Source of the DNA: the human T2T-CHM13v2.0 reference genome, Homo sapiens
Reading direction: 5' to 3' (one strand)
Length of the DNA: 64,000 nucleotides
Assembly: GCF_009914755.1 (NCBI RefSeq)
Contig: NC_060929.1
The notes beneath the pieces are model-generated. The model ran no database searches and was not told where the DNA came from. It was given only the letters and a program-made list of their open reading frames with translations. The first letter of the stretch is position 1, and each line of letters starts with the position of its first letter. Below are positions 24,766 to 38,800 of the stretch, in pieces. Both the position numbers and the translations under genes were made by a program.

Positions 24766-26419
24766 GAAATTGTGATGTTTATGTACATGCTATTTGTTCC
24801 TCATGGGTAACTGAAGCATGAATAGGAAATCTGTAATGATTTATTGAGAAGATTCTCAAGGGCTTAGATTCTTGATCTATCTTCTAGACTGATAAAAATG
24901 CTGTTTGAATTTTGTTGAAAAATAATGAAGTAAAAAAGATAAAGCCAAGCAAACGTGTTCTACTTGAGAAGAATTATTGAATGTTTAGTTCCAGAAATAA
25001 GTGATTTAAAAAGAGAGATTTTCTTTGCTCTAAGCTTTTTAAAGCTGTACCAAATAAAATATCTCAAAAATCTAAATACATTCCCACTTCAACTTTTGAA
25101 ATGACTTTATACGGTGGCTCTATAATGGTTCAACATAAATCTTCATGACTTTGCTGCATTTTATACCTGAAACTTAGCTTCCTTAGTAATGAGAACAAAG
25201 TTTAATAAGACCTGACAATAGATCCTACTTTACCGAAGACCACTATTGTTTGTGATGAAGACAAAGATACTGAAGTGTATAAGTCTATCATCTCCATATG
25301 GGCTGGGGAAGAAAAAAATGTCTTAAGAATAATTTAACCTTATACCTCAAAGTCCAACATGATTTTTGGTTAAAGTCAAAGAATATCATATCCCTCACTT
25401 CTTACCTCCCATCCCAAGGTGCCTTATGAATCACATTACGCAGAATAGACATTTCTCCCTCCTCTTATTCTCAAACATTATCTGTTCTCTGTCAAAGATT
25501 AAACTTGGTTCTTTAGTCAGTCCAGGGCAACACATCTATTTAAAGCATTAATAGATATCAGACTCCTCAGGGAAATTTAATGTGGCTAAATAGCATTAAA
25601 GGAACTTTCCAATAGAACATAAACAATACCATAATGAAAAATATTAAATCATATGTTTGCCACTGAGCCCATTATAGAGCCAATTTAAAATTATAATAAA
25701 TTTGCATTTGGCACTTGCTAGTGATTGGCAAATTTATTCATGTGAAAAATAGAGAATATAGATTAAATGTCTTTGGATTTTCCTGTTATAGAAAACTAAA
25801 AAATAATTACTCCTCTGTCCTATATAAAGACCTATATATAAAACACACATTTTTAATTTTTTCACTATATTCTATTCAACTGACTTGAAAGATGTATTTT
25901 CATTGAGGTATGTTTTAAACACTTAATAGTTAATGACAAGCAATGGAAAAATTGGTTATTTGACTTTAAATGCCTTTTTCCACTGAAAAACTGGCTAGCC
26001 TTTTTTTCAAGCACATGATGTATGATATATGAAGGGGACTGGACAAAAAGAGAAGCAGCAGGAGCCAGGGAGAATGATTCAAAATTGGCTAGTGTGAAAG
26101 CCAAAATGCACCCAGACTGTCTCTCCAGTAAAAAAACAGGAGGCAATCTGGTCACCTTTTAAAGGACTGGCAACTACATCCTGCAACCAGTTGCTGGCAT
26201 TAGTAGAGTTGGTTTTTAGATCTTTCCCTCCATTTCCTTAAAGATCTCCTGACTTTTTTCCCTAAGACAACCAGCAATAATCCTAGATGCCATGTCCCCT
26301 GTCTGATATACAGTTTCTTTTGCTTGCAAAGAAGACACTACGAAAAGTTTATTTACCAGTCACTTAGTGATGACACACTAATGGCTCCAGAAGTATAATG
26401 CAATTTGACATTTTCCATC

Positions 26420-26790
26420 AACAGTATTTTTACCCAGGAACTCTACCCACCAAGAACTTATCCTGATACATACTAGAATGTCTCTTTATTATTGCCCTTT
26501 ACATTAAAAATTAGAAACAACTTAAATGTTGAACAATAGGACTTTGGTATGCAGTCAACAGAAATGATATAGAAGAATGTTTACTGAAGTAGAGGATATC
26601 CAGAGTATATCATTCATGATGAAGGTAGGATATAAAACAGTGAAAACATACACACACAGACACACACACACACACGGATAATAAATATTCCTATGCATCC
26701 ATGATGTAACAGTTTATACCAAAGTTATATATATATATATAGTATATATATTATATATATACAATATATTGTATTATAGAATGGATATCT
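26420..26790 (+). mobile_element. L1ME-type fragment with embedded (CA)n and (TA)n
   Basis: aaaaattagaaacaacttaaatgttgaacaatagga is an L1 3' motif. Confidence 0.55.
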
Positions 26791-27916
26791 TTGAAGGACC
26801 ATATTATGCCAACCACAATAATTAAATCTCTTCCATTGAATACAGCCTTGTAGGGACTTTAATCAAGATGTTCTCTGCTCCCTCGTCCAAGAGCTGTCAC
26901 GTAACCCAGGCAGCGCCAATTGTGCTTTATCTTATAAATTTATATATGAGAAAAATGATCCAAATACTGAGGAAGTTTGAGAACATCCATTTCAGTGGTA
27001 GAATCTGAAAGAGACTATCATAGAGTTCCTGTTACAAGCGTCTCTAAAGCTACTGACTCTGTTGTTCATTAGTTTCCTTGCCTTTGTTTTTATTCTCCTT
27101 GCATTTCATCTTTCCAATGAATTCTGTTTTTTCTTAACTTAGGGACAATTTCCTTGACTTACAACAATATAATCCCTGTGATACAAGAAATTACAGAATA
27201 CAGGGGAGACTGGGGGTGATTAGAAGTGCTTTCCAGGTGAATAAATATGATTTATTCTATATCATTGTGGTAAAATGTCATAAATAACCTTGATAGTGGA
27301 TGGAATTTCTTACTTTTCTGACAGCATGCCGGTGGAATCACAAAACTGCACTGCCATTCAGGGGATTAATCATAGAGATGAATTAGGGGTAATGTGGTTA
27401 TGTTTGTATTATTTCTATTTGTTTAAATAAACTCATTGCCCTAAGGCCTATGGGCATGTGTGCAAAATATTAATAAACACAGACTAACTTTTCACAGCAG
27501 TCTCTTAAATCTCCCTGGTTTTTGATATTCTCCACAGAGTATAAACAAAATTTTTAAAAAACTACAGAATACTAGGGTGCCTGGAGGGCTTGAAGTCCAT
27601 GCAAGCAGATTTTATTAAAAAATAATACTAAATGTCGGCTTTTTTTTTTTTCTTACATGTGGTGTTTACTGAAGTAAATGATAACGAAATTTCCTTAAGT
27701 GCTACACTAAGGATTCAAACAAGATAAATGGCTCAAAGGGTAATTTCATGATGAGTATGAAGAGAAGAAAGAAGGAAATAAAAGAAAAATAAAATCAAAT
27801 GAAAGGTTCAGAAGAGTAGGAGGGTTCTTCAACTCAGAATTTTCAATGACTGACAGTGTTTATACATATGTAACAGTAAGGCTGACCTCAGTCTGAAGAT
27901 CTTGGCCCAGCTACCT

Positions 27917-28053
27917 CAGTGTTTTCAGTCAGAGGAGATGTTGCCCCTACCATATGTGGTAATTTGGCAATGTAAAGGGACACCTTTTGGTTGTCAGAAC
28001 AGGATGCTACTAACATCCGGTGGGTCAAGAGCTGGGATGCAGCTGTCAACCCC
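27917..28053 (+). mobile_element. MER20 (hAT-Charlie), 5' part, interrupted by an LTR
   Basis: atttggcaatgtaaagggacaccttttggttgtcagaac..tgctactaacatccggtgggtcaagagctgggatgcagct; appears to resume at ~28476-28502. Confidence 0.8.
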
Positions 28054-28475
28054 TGTAACTGAAGACCACCAGGAACACCCCTGTAGTTAAACAAGTTGTT
28101 TTTATGGTTTTTGCAACAAGAAAGAACACATACCATGGAGAATGGTGGTGTAGCTCAGTAGGATGGTGTTGGAAAGAACTGATGATAAGATTTTGGTCTT
28201 ATCTTAGTTGAGTGATTTGGGGAAGAACTAAAAAAATAGGAATTTGCTCTAGATTGAATGCTGTCAGAAAGTGGGGACGATTCTATAACTTGGGTATCTC
28301 AATAAATTTTGTCTAGAAGGAAGTTATAAATGATCTTACTTTGTCTTATTTTATCATGGCCTGAGACTAATCTGGTTTGAGGTTGTTATTCTGTGTTTTT
28401 TTTTTTTTTTTTTTTTTTTTTTTGTCTAATAAGAGAATAATAGGATCTAGCTTTGAGTACTGAGAGTCTGTCACA
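28054..28475 (-). mobile_element. ERV solo LTR (MER110-like, ERV1; family tentative)
   Basis: TG..CA termini (tgtaact..gtcaca); gaagaccaccaggaacacccctgtagttaaacaagtt and tttgctctagattgaatgctgtcagaaag match a recalled LTR consensus; contains a poly-T; no clear TSD. Confidence 0.6.
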
Positions 28476-28502
28476 AAAAAGGATTATCCACACAATGAAC
28501 TA

Positions 28503-29352
28503 TTACCTCTCACGCCTGTTGGGGTGACTATTATTAAAAAAAAAGAAAGAAAACAAAACAAAACAAAATAAGTTGTTGGTGAAGATGTAGAGGCATTGCA
28601 ATGCTTGTACACTGTCGGTGGGAATGTACAATGGTACAACCACTATGGAAAACAGTTTGGATTTCATTTAATTGTTTTCATCAAAAAAAAAATGTAAATG
28701 GAAACACCATATGATCCAGCAGTGCTGCTTCTGGCTATACATCCAAAATAATTGAAATCAAGATCTCAACAAGATACCTGCACTCCCGTGGTGATTGCAG
28801 CTTTATTCACAATAGCCAAGATATAGAAACACCTTAAATGTCCTTCAGTGGATGAATCGATAAAGAAAATATGACATATACACACAATGGAATATTATTC
28901 AGCCTTCAAAAATAGAAGAAAATCTTGCCACATGTGACAACTTGGATGAACCTGGAGGACTTTATGCCAAGTGAAATATGCCAGGCATGGAAAGACAAAT
29001 GCTGTGCTACAGGATTGCATTTATACAAAGTATCTAAAATGGTCAAACTCACAGAATCAGATGGTGAATGGTGGTTGTTTTGGGCCTGGTGGAAGGGAGG
29101 AATGGGGAGTTGCTATTCAGTGGGTATAACGTTTTTGTTATGCAAGAGGAATAAGTTCCAGAGATCTTCTGTAGAGCATCCTGTTTATAGTCAACAATAC
29201 CATATTGTGCACTTAAAATTTTTTAAGAGATTAGATCTCATGTTAAGTGTTCTTATCACAATAAAAAAAATACACAAAACAAAGGGCAAAAGGAAACTTT
29301 ACAAGTGATGGATGTTCATTACCTTGATTGTGGTAATGGTCTCATGATTGTA
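28503..29352 (+). mobile_element. L1M (L1MA9/L1MB-like) ORF2 end and 3'UTR
   Basis: ggtgggaatgtacaatggtacaaccactatggaaaacagt, caatggaatattattcagcc, tggatgaacctggaggac, ttaagtgttcttatcacaataaaaaaa. Confidence 0.92.
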
Positions 29353-29499
29353 AACATTCCCTGAAGCTAAAATGGTGCCTGGCACATCCCAGTTAGTATT
29401 CAGTGATGATTGTTGAATAAATGAATGTCGATAAGTGAATGAATGAATGAAGTTTTAGCTCCACCCCTGTGCCAGTGGAGCAATAGGGTAAGACTCTTA

Positions 29500-30480
29500 A
29501 ACAACTAACTATTGTGGGAGAAAGAGCAGCATGCTGAGATTGTTTGTTCTTCGGTAAGAGAAAGTGACACTCTTCAGACATAAGAGTGAAAGAAAAAGTA
29601 AAAGAGATAATGGAAAAGGGTTTCTCAATTCTATAAAGCAAAACAGAATCAAGAAAAATGTCAAGTGCTGATAGGAAGGGAAAGAAATCTGATGACAGAC
29701 AAATGGGGGGAAAATAAAAAACAAAATCTCAAGAGGTTTCATTGTTTTGTTTTTGCTTCTGTCTGTAAGAAAAAGTTTATCTGGGACAGATAATCAGGAA
29801 GAGTGCTGCCCAGAGAGTCAAGACGGGAGCAAAAAGAAGAAGCTAAAGGATGGAAAGATAGAAAATAGTTGAAGATACTTACCAATCATTGCCTATTAAC
29901 ATCAGCAGGGGCTGATGTCATGAATTCTACATACTCAGAGATTGGTGCATAGTTTTGCAGAACACCCTACAATTAGTTGGTAGAATGTTTTAATAGCAAA
30001 GAAAGGCTCCAAAAGAAAAGAGCACATTTAGCCCTTGCCTTAAAAATAGGTATTTTGAAAAGCAAGCACCCCACTAATTAGTTTGGTCAGCTCAGTGGTA
30101 ACAATCAAGAAGATAATGAAAGAAATTATATTTTCACAATTATATTGCAATCCCCTAGAAAGGAACAGAGTTCTGAGTAGCAAACAAGGTTTTGTCAAGA
30201 GTGAATCATGCCAGACCAACTTAATTTCCTTCTGTGATAGAGTGGCAGGCCATGAGATAAAGGGGAAACAATAGATGTAATCTACCTCGATTTCACTGAG
30301 GCTTCTGATTCTCTCCACATAACGTTCTCATCCATAGGCTAGAAAGATTGGTCTAAGTCATACTGCTATTAGAAAGGAGCATAAACGCCAAAAGACTGCC
30401 CTAGAAGGATGGTTATCTGTGTCTCAGGATAGGAGAGTATTTTAAGGGATGGCAGGGTATTGTACATGTTATAGGAAGAT
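29500..30480 (+). mobile_element. CR1/L3 LINE ORF2 fossil (reverse-transcriptase domain, frameshifted)
   Basis: Translations FASV, TSAGADVMNS, KKIMKEII..SSKQGFVKSESCQTNLISFCDRVAG, then after a frameshift IDVIYLDFTEASD and HNVLIHRLE; these match CR1 RT motifs (QHGF.K.KSC.TNL, VDVIYLDFSKAFD). Confidence 0.88.
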
Positions 30481-30494
30481 CAATCAATGGCTTA

Positions 30495-30657
30495 GCAATG
30501 GGGACAGACAGGTTTCTTGTCTACCTCTGTCATTAATCATTGTATCTTTGGGTAATTTCATTCCTGTTTCTCTCAGGCTCAGTTTTGCAGTTGTAAAATG
30601 GGTGGGTTTAGAGTAGATTTTTTTTAGGGTCATTCTAGTTTTAAGCATGTATAATCC
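30495..30657 (+). mobile_element. MIR3/MIR
   Basis: ctctgtcattaatcattgtatctttgggtaa..ctcagttttgcagttgtaaaatggg..agggtcattctagtttta. Confidence 0.7.
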
Positions 30658-32239
30658 TTCAGCTAACATTACTTTAGAGATTTCCTCATGACCAGGGTAA
30701 TACATTTGGGGCTCTCATGTTGTTGGATGTTTTCCTTATTTGCAAACTCCATTTAACAAATAAATATTATACAGGAGAAGTTGCCCTTTTTCCCCCATTT
30801 GAGATAATTCACGTATATGTATTCACTTGCATAGTAGTTAATTTGAATGGTTTTGAATGCCTAGTATGTGCATAATGAAAATCGAAGGATGAATTTGTTA
30901 AAAGCAACAACTCTCATCTCTTATGAATCATATACAATATCTGTATCAAAATTTTCTGAAAAGGAACAATTATAGAAGAGTATTAAAATGAAATAATTGC
31001 TAATAGGTTAAAAACAGGACTAATATAGAAACCTAAGTTTAGAAAATTATACTTAGAGTCCTACAAATCAATTATGTCTGCTATCAAACTTATAGCAAAA
31101 TGGTCGACTATACCGCAATAAATAAAAGCTCAAATGTATAAAATTTAGCTTTCATTGACTTAAAAGCTACTTGCTTATTAAAAGTTTATTAGATTTTCTT
31201 TTTCATTAGATAGTTTATTCAGAAAGCTAACCATCCTTGGTCAACTTCAAACTATTCTTAATCCCTGAGAGCTGATTGATTTCTCGTGACTTTAACTGGT
31301 TTATACAGAAGGATATCTTTAAAATTCTTATAAAAACATCCAGATGGAATAACATCCTAAGGTAGTAATATGCTTATTGTTCATTACTTCACTTTTTAAG
31401 TTGGCATTTCAGATTAATTAAGCATTTGATAAAGCTCATGTTTATGCAAGTGTTTACAAATTAGAAAAGCTGTTAGCAGCGTTTAATTTGTTTGAATATA
31501 TATATTTAATTTACTGCTTCTAATGGAAAGAAGCTTAAGGGAATTTAAGAGTCATGGCTTTATTGATAGACATTAGGCATATGCACAGCGTAATTATTAT
31601 TGCTAATATTTTACATTTGCTGCGTGCCAACAGTTAGGAGCAGTAAAGAACCTCGTGTAATTCCATAGGCAGAAACGTGGGCCGTACATGCTGGGCATTT
31701 GCATCACTACACATACTTATCTCTTTGTGGGTTTCTTTTCCCCGCCCTCTGTACCACATGTATTTTTCTCTCACCACTTTCCTCACACTGGTGTTATAAT
31801 GAGAATGGAATGCTCCTCTGATCCTTTGGCTTGAGATTTGTCCAACCCCCAAAAAATTCTGGACCCATCTCAGATCATGTCATGACAAATATCATTTCAA
31901 TCCTCAGCCAATGGCCAGTTGATCTCCAGGACTATGAGATTAAAATAAGTCATGTAGAACACGGTATCATCCAGCTATCATTTTGAAACCCGTGCGAGGG
32001 GTTTATGTTGATCGGGAATCCCGCTGATCTGTCCATACACGCACTGCTTCTGGCTATGGATCTATGACAAATGGTAACTTCATCTCTATTAATTTTGGAA
32101 ACGATTTGATTTCAAGACAAACAAAATCACTTCTCAGACATGATTTAAGCACCTACTTTGTGCCAGGTTCTGGGCTGAGCTGTGAGAGGGCAAAGATGAA
32201 TGAGAAAATGGCTCTGCTCATCATTTGTCAATGGGGCTG

Positions 32240-33090
<851 letters not shown>

Positions 33091-33746
33091 GAATGTTTTT
33101 GCTTCTGTTTTTAAATCAATGACTATGCATTTCATTTCAATAATACTAATTGGTTCTTTTTTAAATTCCCACCTGCTTTTATTTCATCTTTGCATGAATT
33201 TTTAAAAACAATTTCTGTTTTATTTTGGGGGCATCATTTCTTCATTTATCTTTGAAATACCCTAAACATATTCAGTTTAAAGTTTGTGGAGTTTTGTTGT
33301 TGTTGTTGTTGTTGTTTGTTTGTTTTTTTGCAGACTATTTAATCATTTCCATATTGGAGTGAGTTGATCACCTAATTGTCATTTTTCAATTTTTTTATGT
33401 TGTTATTTTTTCTGAATGAGTTTTGGAATTTGGGCTTTAAGTTTCTTCTTCAACGGAAACATCCCTTGAACCCTACAACATTCATCCCTCTAACAGGTCT
33501 CTTGAGCTCCCTGGTCCAAAACCAAGTCCTTACAGTCTTATAGCCATAGCTTGGGATTCCTATTGCTGTGATGTTCACATCTATGTAGTCATGAAACCAG
33601 TGGGCAGCCCAGCACAGACTTGGCTTGGGGACTGTGACTGTTCTTGCCTTTTAAATTTCACTTTATGTAAGCTGTAATTGCAGGCATCACATTTTGTTTC
33701 CCAGACAAAGAAGGGGTGCCCCAACCTGTAGTTTTAAAATAACTTT

Positions 33747-34042
33747 GAGCTGGGCATGGTGGCTCATGCCTGTAATCCCAGCACTTTGGGAGGCCGAGGC
33801 AAGTGGCTCACTTGAAGCCAGGAGTTTGAGACTAGCCTCGCCAACATGGTGAAACCTGGTCTCTACTAAAAATACAAAAAATTAGCTGGTGTGGTGGTGC
33901 ATGCCTGTAGTCCCACCTGTAGTCCCAGGGAGGCTGAGGCATTAGAATTGCTTGAACCAGGGAGGCAGAGGTTGCAGTGAGTAGAGATGGCACCAGGGCA
34001 CTCCATCCTGGGCAATAGGGCGAGACTCCATCTAAAAAAAAA
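33747..34042 (+). mobile_element. Alu (AluS), full length
   Basis: Dimeric Alu with an internal duplication cctgtagtcccacctgtagtccca; degenerate TSD ending ctttg. Confidence 0.96.
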
Positions 34043-34537
34043 GACCTTTGGTTTAGTCTCCATGAGGTATGGGACAATTTTCACCCCTAATACCTTCACT
34101 GTATGCATACTTATCACCTCTTCTTTTCTGTTCTGGGCCCCAAGCCCAGCAGGTATGGGAGAGGTCAATCCCAGTTAGCACTTCGAGGTGGTTTTCTGTT
34201 TGTCTGTTTTCCATTTTTAGCATTCAAATTGATTATCTTTGGGGGCATGGTTGCATCTTTTTACTTTTCTCTTTTTATATTTTATTTAGTAGTCTAATGG
34301 GTTTAATGAAAGGAGGCAGAGACAAGGAACAAACTAATATGTTCATCTGTCTTCTTCAGTTCCTCTGAGGACATAAGTAGGGGAATTGAGAAGTGGGGGC
34401 CGGAGGGGGTTGAAGGTTTGGAATAAGTCAACTCGACAAATAAAAACGACAGCATACTATGTACAGGAAGCATTGTTAAAACCCAAGAGGATAAAAATGC
34501 TGATCTTAAGGGGTTAGAATAATGTGTACTAGTCTCC

Positions 34538-34740
34538 TTCATTCATAGAACAAATATTTATTGAATGCCTAGTATATGACAGACATTTGTTAGATGCTGG
34601 GAATACAGTGGGGACAGAAGAGACAAGGTCCCTGAGTCGGACAACAGTTGGAGAAGATAGACTTGTAGGAGGCCCTAGAGGTGAGCAAGAGTATGGCACT
34701 TTGGAGGTATGAAACCAACTCAACACAGCCAGTGCAGAAA
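34538..34740 (-). mobile_element. L2 3' end
   Basis: ttcattcatagaacaaatatttattgaatgcctagtatatgacagacatttgttagatgctgggaatacagtg. Confidence 0.85.
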
Positions 34741-35749
34741 TAGCAAAGCTCACGTCATCCAGCCACACTGCTGTGTGCAATTCCCTCCACAAAGAGATCC
34801 AGCAATGGAGGATGCATTAGCTCCTTAGACAATGCAAGTCCGCCTTTGGCCATTAAAGTGTTCCCTAGACACTCTCAATGATTTCTAGGTACCTCCCATT
34901 TTTCATTCCCCTTCAGATCGTTAGGCATTACACAGCTAAAAAGGAATTTTTAAGAGCTGATAAAATTTTCCTTCCAAAGATCTCATGTCAAGCATCTCTA
35001 AATTGTTTGGAATCCAGCTGAATAAATTATAGTATACATGACGATCTTTTTCCTCCCACCCTCTCATGAACTCTGAAAAAATATGTCTTACTCCTAAACT
35101 ACTTAGCACTTTTGAAATGCCAACTAATTCTTCCTGGTTGTCCAAAATGAGTACAGAATGGCAATTCCCCTAGGAAATTTTCTCCTCTGGGAGATGAAGC
35201 TATTAGCAAAGCAAGTCAAGGTCCTGTTAGACATTCTGCTGTTATCCAAATGAGACTTCCGGCAGATGTCTGGAGAGTTGAAATCCCCATCACTACTCTG
35301 TCTTTTCTCTGCACTGATTTCACAATCTGTGTCTAGTAACACACCACGCATTTGCTCCATGTGTCCCAGCGTACTCTCATAATGATAGCACTTCTGTGCT
35401 CTTCCTTTGTCCTAACCCATATGCTCTCCAGCATGTTCCTGCCCTCAGGTCTGGGCATTTCCATATGAATGTAGATCTTCATGACATTCACCCCTGCTCT
35501 GCCTCCTGTCTAAGCAGTCTGTTTCTTTAGGGGTGGGCACACCCTTCCATTACAATGCTGTAACACCCTTCCCTTGAATTATAACACGAAGGTCTAGGCT
35601 TCAAAGCCCAAGTAATAGTTATAAAATCAGGTTAGTCTTGCTGACCTGTCTCTAATGCCCTGTTTCCACAGATTCTTTCTCAATTGCTTTCTAGTGAGAA
35701 TTACCAGTAATTTGGTGTTAAACTTTCTGTGTCCTTGCTACTCTGGACG

Positions 35750-35872
35750 AGCAGTAGATAGAAATGCAGAATCTCAGGTCTCATCCCAGACCTATTGAAT
35801 CAAAATCTCCTTAATAACAAGATCTCCTAGGAGATTCATATGCACATCAAATTCACAGAGTGCTACTCTGGA
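35750..35872. mobile_element. MER5B fragment
   Basis: agaaatgcagaatctcaggtctcatcccagacctattgaatcaaaatct..aacaagatctcctaggagattcatatgcacat. Confidence 0.8.
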
Positions 35873-38800
35873 GTGCCTGATCTCTCCAGTTGATCTAAAC
35901 CTTCTTCTCACCTCTAGATGCCATACAATCTTTGGATGGGCTTCAGCTGACCTCTGCAAACTCACCTAAGGTAATCAATCTGTGTCCAAATTTAACATTA
36001 CAATGTAAGGAGACAATCGACTCATCTGGCCTGTAAATGCTTGACTCTGTGTGCACTATGTCCTCTCTAAATGGCAGGCATGAATGTACCACTTTCTTAA
36101 CTTTGAGCATATTTGGGCTCCAGTATGTAAAACTCCAGGAGGAGGTATATCACATGCATTACTACCTGTTTTTAAATGGTTAAGTGGTATTTTTCAATTG
36201 TCTCATTGTTTTTTAATATTTATTATAAAATTAAACTTTATTCTAAGTTATATCAGTTGATGTGAATATCAATTGATGAATATGTCTGCAGTCAGAAAAA
36301 CAAAGCAAAACAAAACAATTTTGTTAAATTCTGATTAGATACTGTTATCTGTCCCCGTAAAATCTCTTTGCTACAAAGAGAGATTGGAAGTACTAAAGAG
36401 GTGTTAAGGACATACAGCTCTGAACAGTTTTCTCTTTGAAAACTCCCTTTCTCCGAATGATTCAAAAGGAGAAGGTTTTGCATGTTATGTGTTTCAAATA
36501 CTATAAACAACTACTTGCACTCTGGCATTTAGAAAACACTGTGCTACCCAACTAAGACTAAGGCCTGCATTAAATTTCTAAAAGAGATAGAGTCAAAAGT
36601 CTGAGGGAAGTCTGTCTACTTTAATTAAGTGCATCAGAGAGAAATTTTTAGTAACATCTTAAAGATGATGCCTTTTAAATGTGGTTTCCATAAGTAGCAG
36701 TGGTCGTGGGTGGCAAAGAACTTGTGTCCTGGTATATTCTGCGACCATAAAATAGAGAGCTTCCTTATCAAGAATGAGAACTTATAGTTTCAAATCTGGT
36801 GTGAAATTTTCCTTTGTGCCAGGCACACATTTGGAAACAGCCTCTCTATTCTGCTGAGATCTCAGTGTTTATACTGGTACATTTTCCACGGTAACAAGGA
36901 AGGTACAAGGGCAGAACAAACAACACCACAGCCTTGCAAAAGCTTTATAATAACATTGTATTGCTTTGAACCATTCAATCCATTGTAGACATGGTTTAAG
37001 TGTACAGAAAAACTAAATGCAATACCATGAGGCAAAATGAAAAGTATTTTGCAGGCTAACTTCAGCATAAAGAGTTTGGGAGTATGTATTTTGAGTGAAG
37101 AAAGTTTTACCTAGACCCACTGGATTATTATCTTTCTGGTATGACTATAATAATTTTCTTTTAAAAATTCAGAGACCAGGATTTCACTCAACAAAGCATG
37201 TTTTATGCTAATTAAAAGTGGCCAAGAAGTCATGAATTCCCTATGATCTTTATGGAGAGAAATCAATACCTGTATCTATTTCTATAAAACTCCAGGGTTT
37301 TCCTGGTGGATATTAGAACCCAGAAAGGTAGGCTTTCATGTTGTGTTTCCTGTAATAATGAGCAATCTAGGGTCAAATAGAAGCCTCATGCAGAGTACAG
37401 AATAAAAGAGTCACTATGAACAATTGAAAAATAAATGCAGAATCAGATATTTGTAATGCTGCTTAAAGCACGGCTAATCTTTATTCAACAGTTTTTACTC
37501 CCATATAAGACTCCTATTGTGTTGTGTCTTAGCAATGGCTATATTACTGAGATTCTAAAACCTCAGTATTAATGCAAAGAATTATGGTTTTATAAGTCAG
37601 TGGGGGAATGCAGGTATGCATACAGACATACACACACGTACCCCAGTAATTGCTATTTCTAGCAGCTTTTATTGTAATAGGAGTCCTTAAGGAATCTTGG
37701 TTTTACTGCAATTCAAAATCGTTGACATGTATTGTTGAGGAGTAGTGGCTGGTACATATACTCTCTCCCTATAATAAATGACATGGATAGATTTAACCTG
37801 TTCTAAGATTTCTTACTATATAACCCTAGTGGATACCATTTAGATTGGCCACAATCATAATCCTAGTTGTCATTACCAAAAACTCAAAAGTCTATCTAAT
37901 CATATTAGATTTTGTGTCCAATGAAATTATAACATAATAGTCTTATCAGCAGCACTGATGATATCGCAAAGGAATGAGTTTCATTGCCACAGACTCCTGA
38001 AGTGTTTTCAGCAGATTTATCTGAGGAGTGGGAAGAGGCAAAATTCAACAAGTAAATGTGTTCCAGGAGAGCTTCCTATTTTATATTTTTTTGAATATTA
38101 AGTTCAATGCTGTAACTGCTATTCTTCCCTGAGTGATATTTTTTCCCTAACATGCCATGTTTCAATATAATAGTAATGGAATTATTTCATAATTCTACTT
38201 GTGATCACTTAAATATTACCAATTGTCTGATTAAACTGATAGTTCTGAAGGAAGACATGAAGGCATATGAAATGTGCACATCTAAGCAATATCAAAAACA
38301 GAGTGAAATGGTAAAAATTTCATACTGCTTTCAGAAAACTGAAAGAAACTCATAGAGAGTTGCATAATTTAAGGTTCTATTCTCTCCCGAGGAGTTGCCT
38401 TTATTTGCCATTGCTAATAAACTAGCAGTAACTCATATTAATCACAGAGGAAGGTAGGATCCAATATATATATTTTTTCTGATTGCTGTCCTAAGTTTAT
38501 CCAACAGAAACTATTGTTAGTACCTTAGTGCCTCAGAATTTATTCACAGTGCCGGGATGTGTTCCAAAGTCCTTTAGGAAAAAAGGGCTTCAAAATGTAC
38601 TTTCCCCATCCCTCTTGTTGAGAGTTCTTTTCTTGTGAGCCAGTAGGAAGTAGCATCAACAAATCTGTGCTCTTTGATAATAGGAACATACAGGATCTCT
38701 GTGCATTCTGGTCCCTGCTGACTCAGGAGAAAGGAGATGACAGGAGACAGTGTCTTGGGTGGACCATTCCCACTCAAGCCACATGCTGAACACAGCTCCT

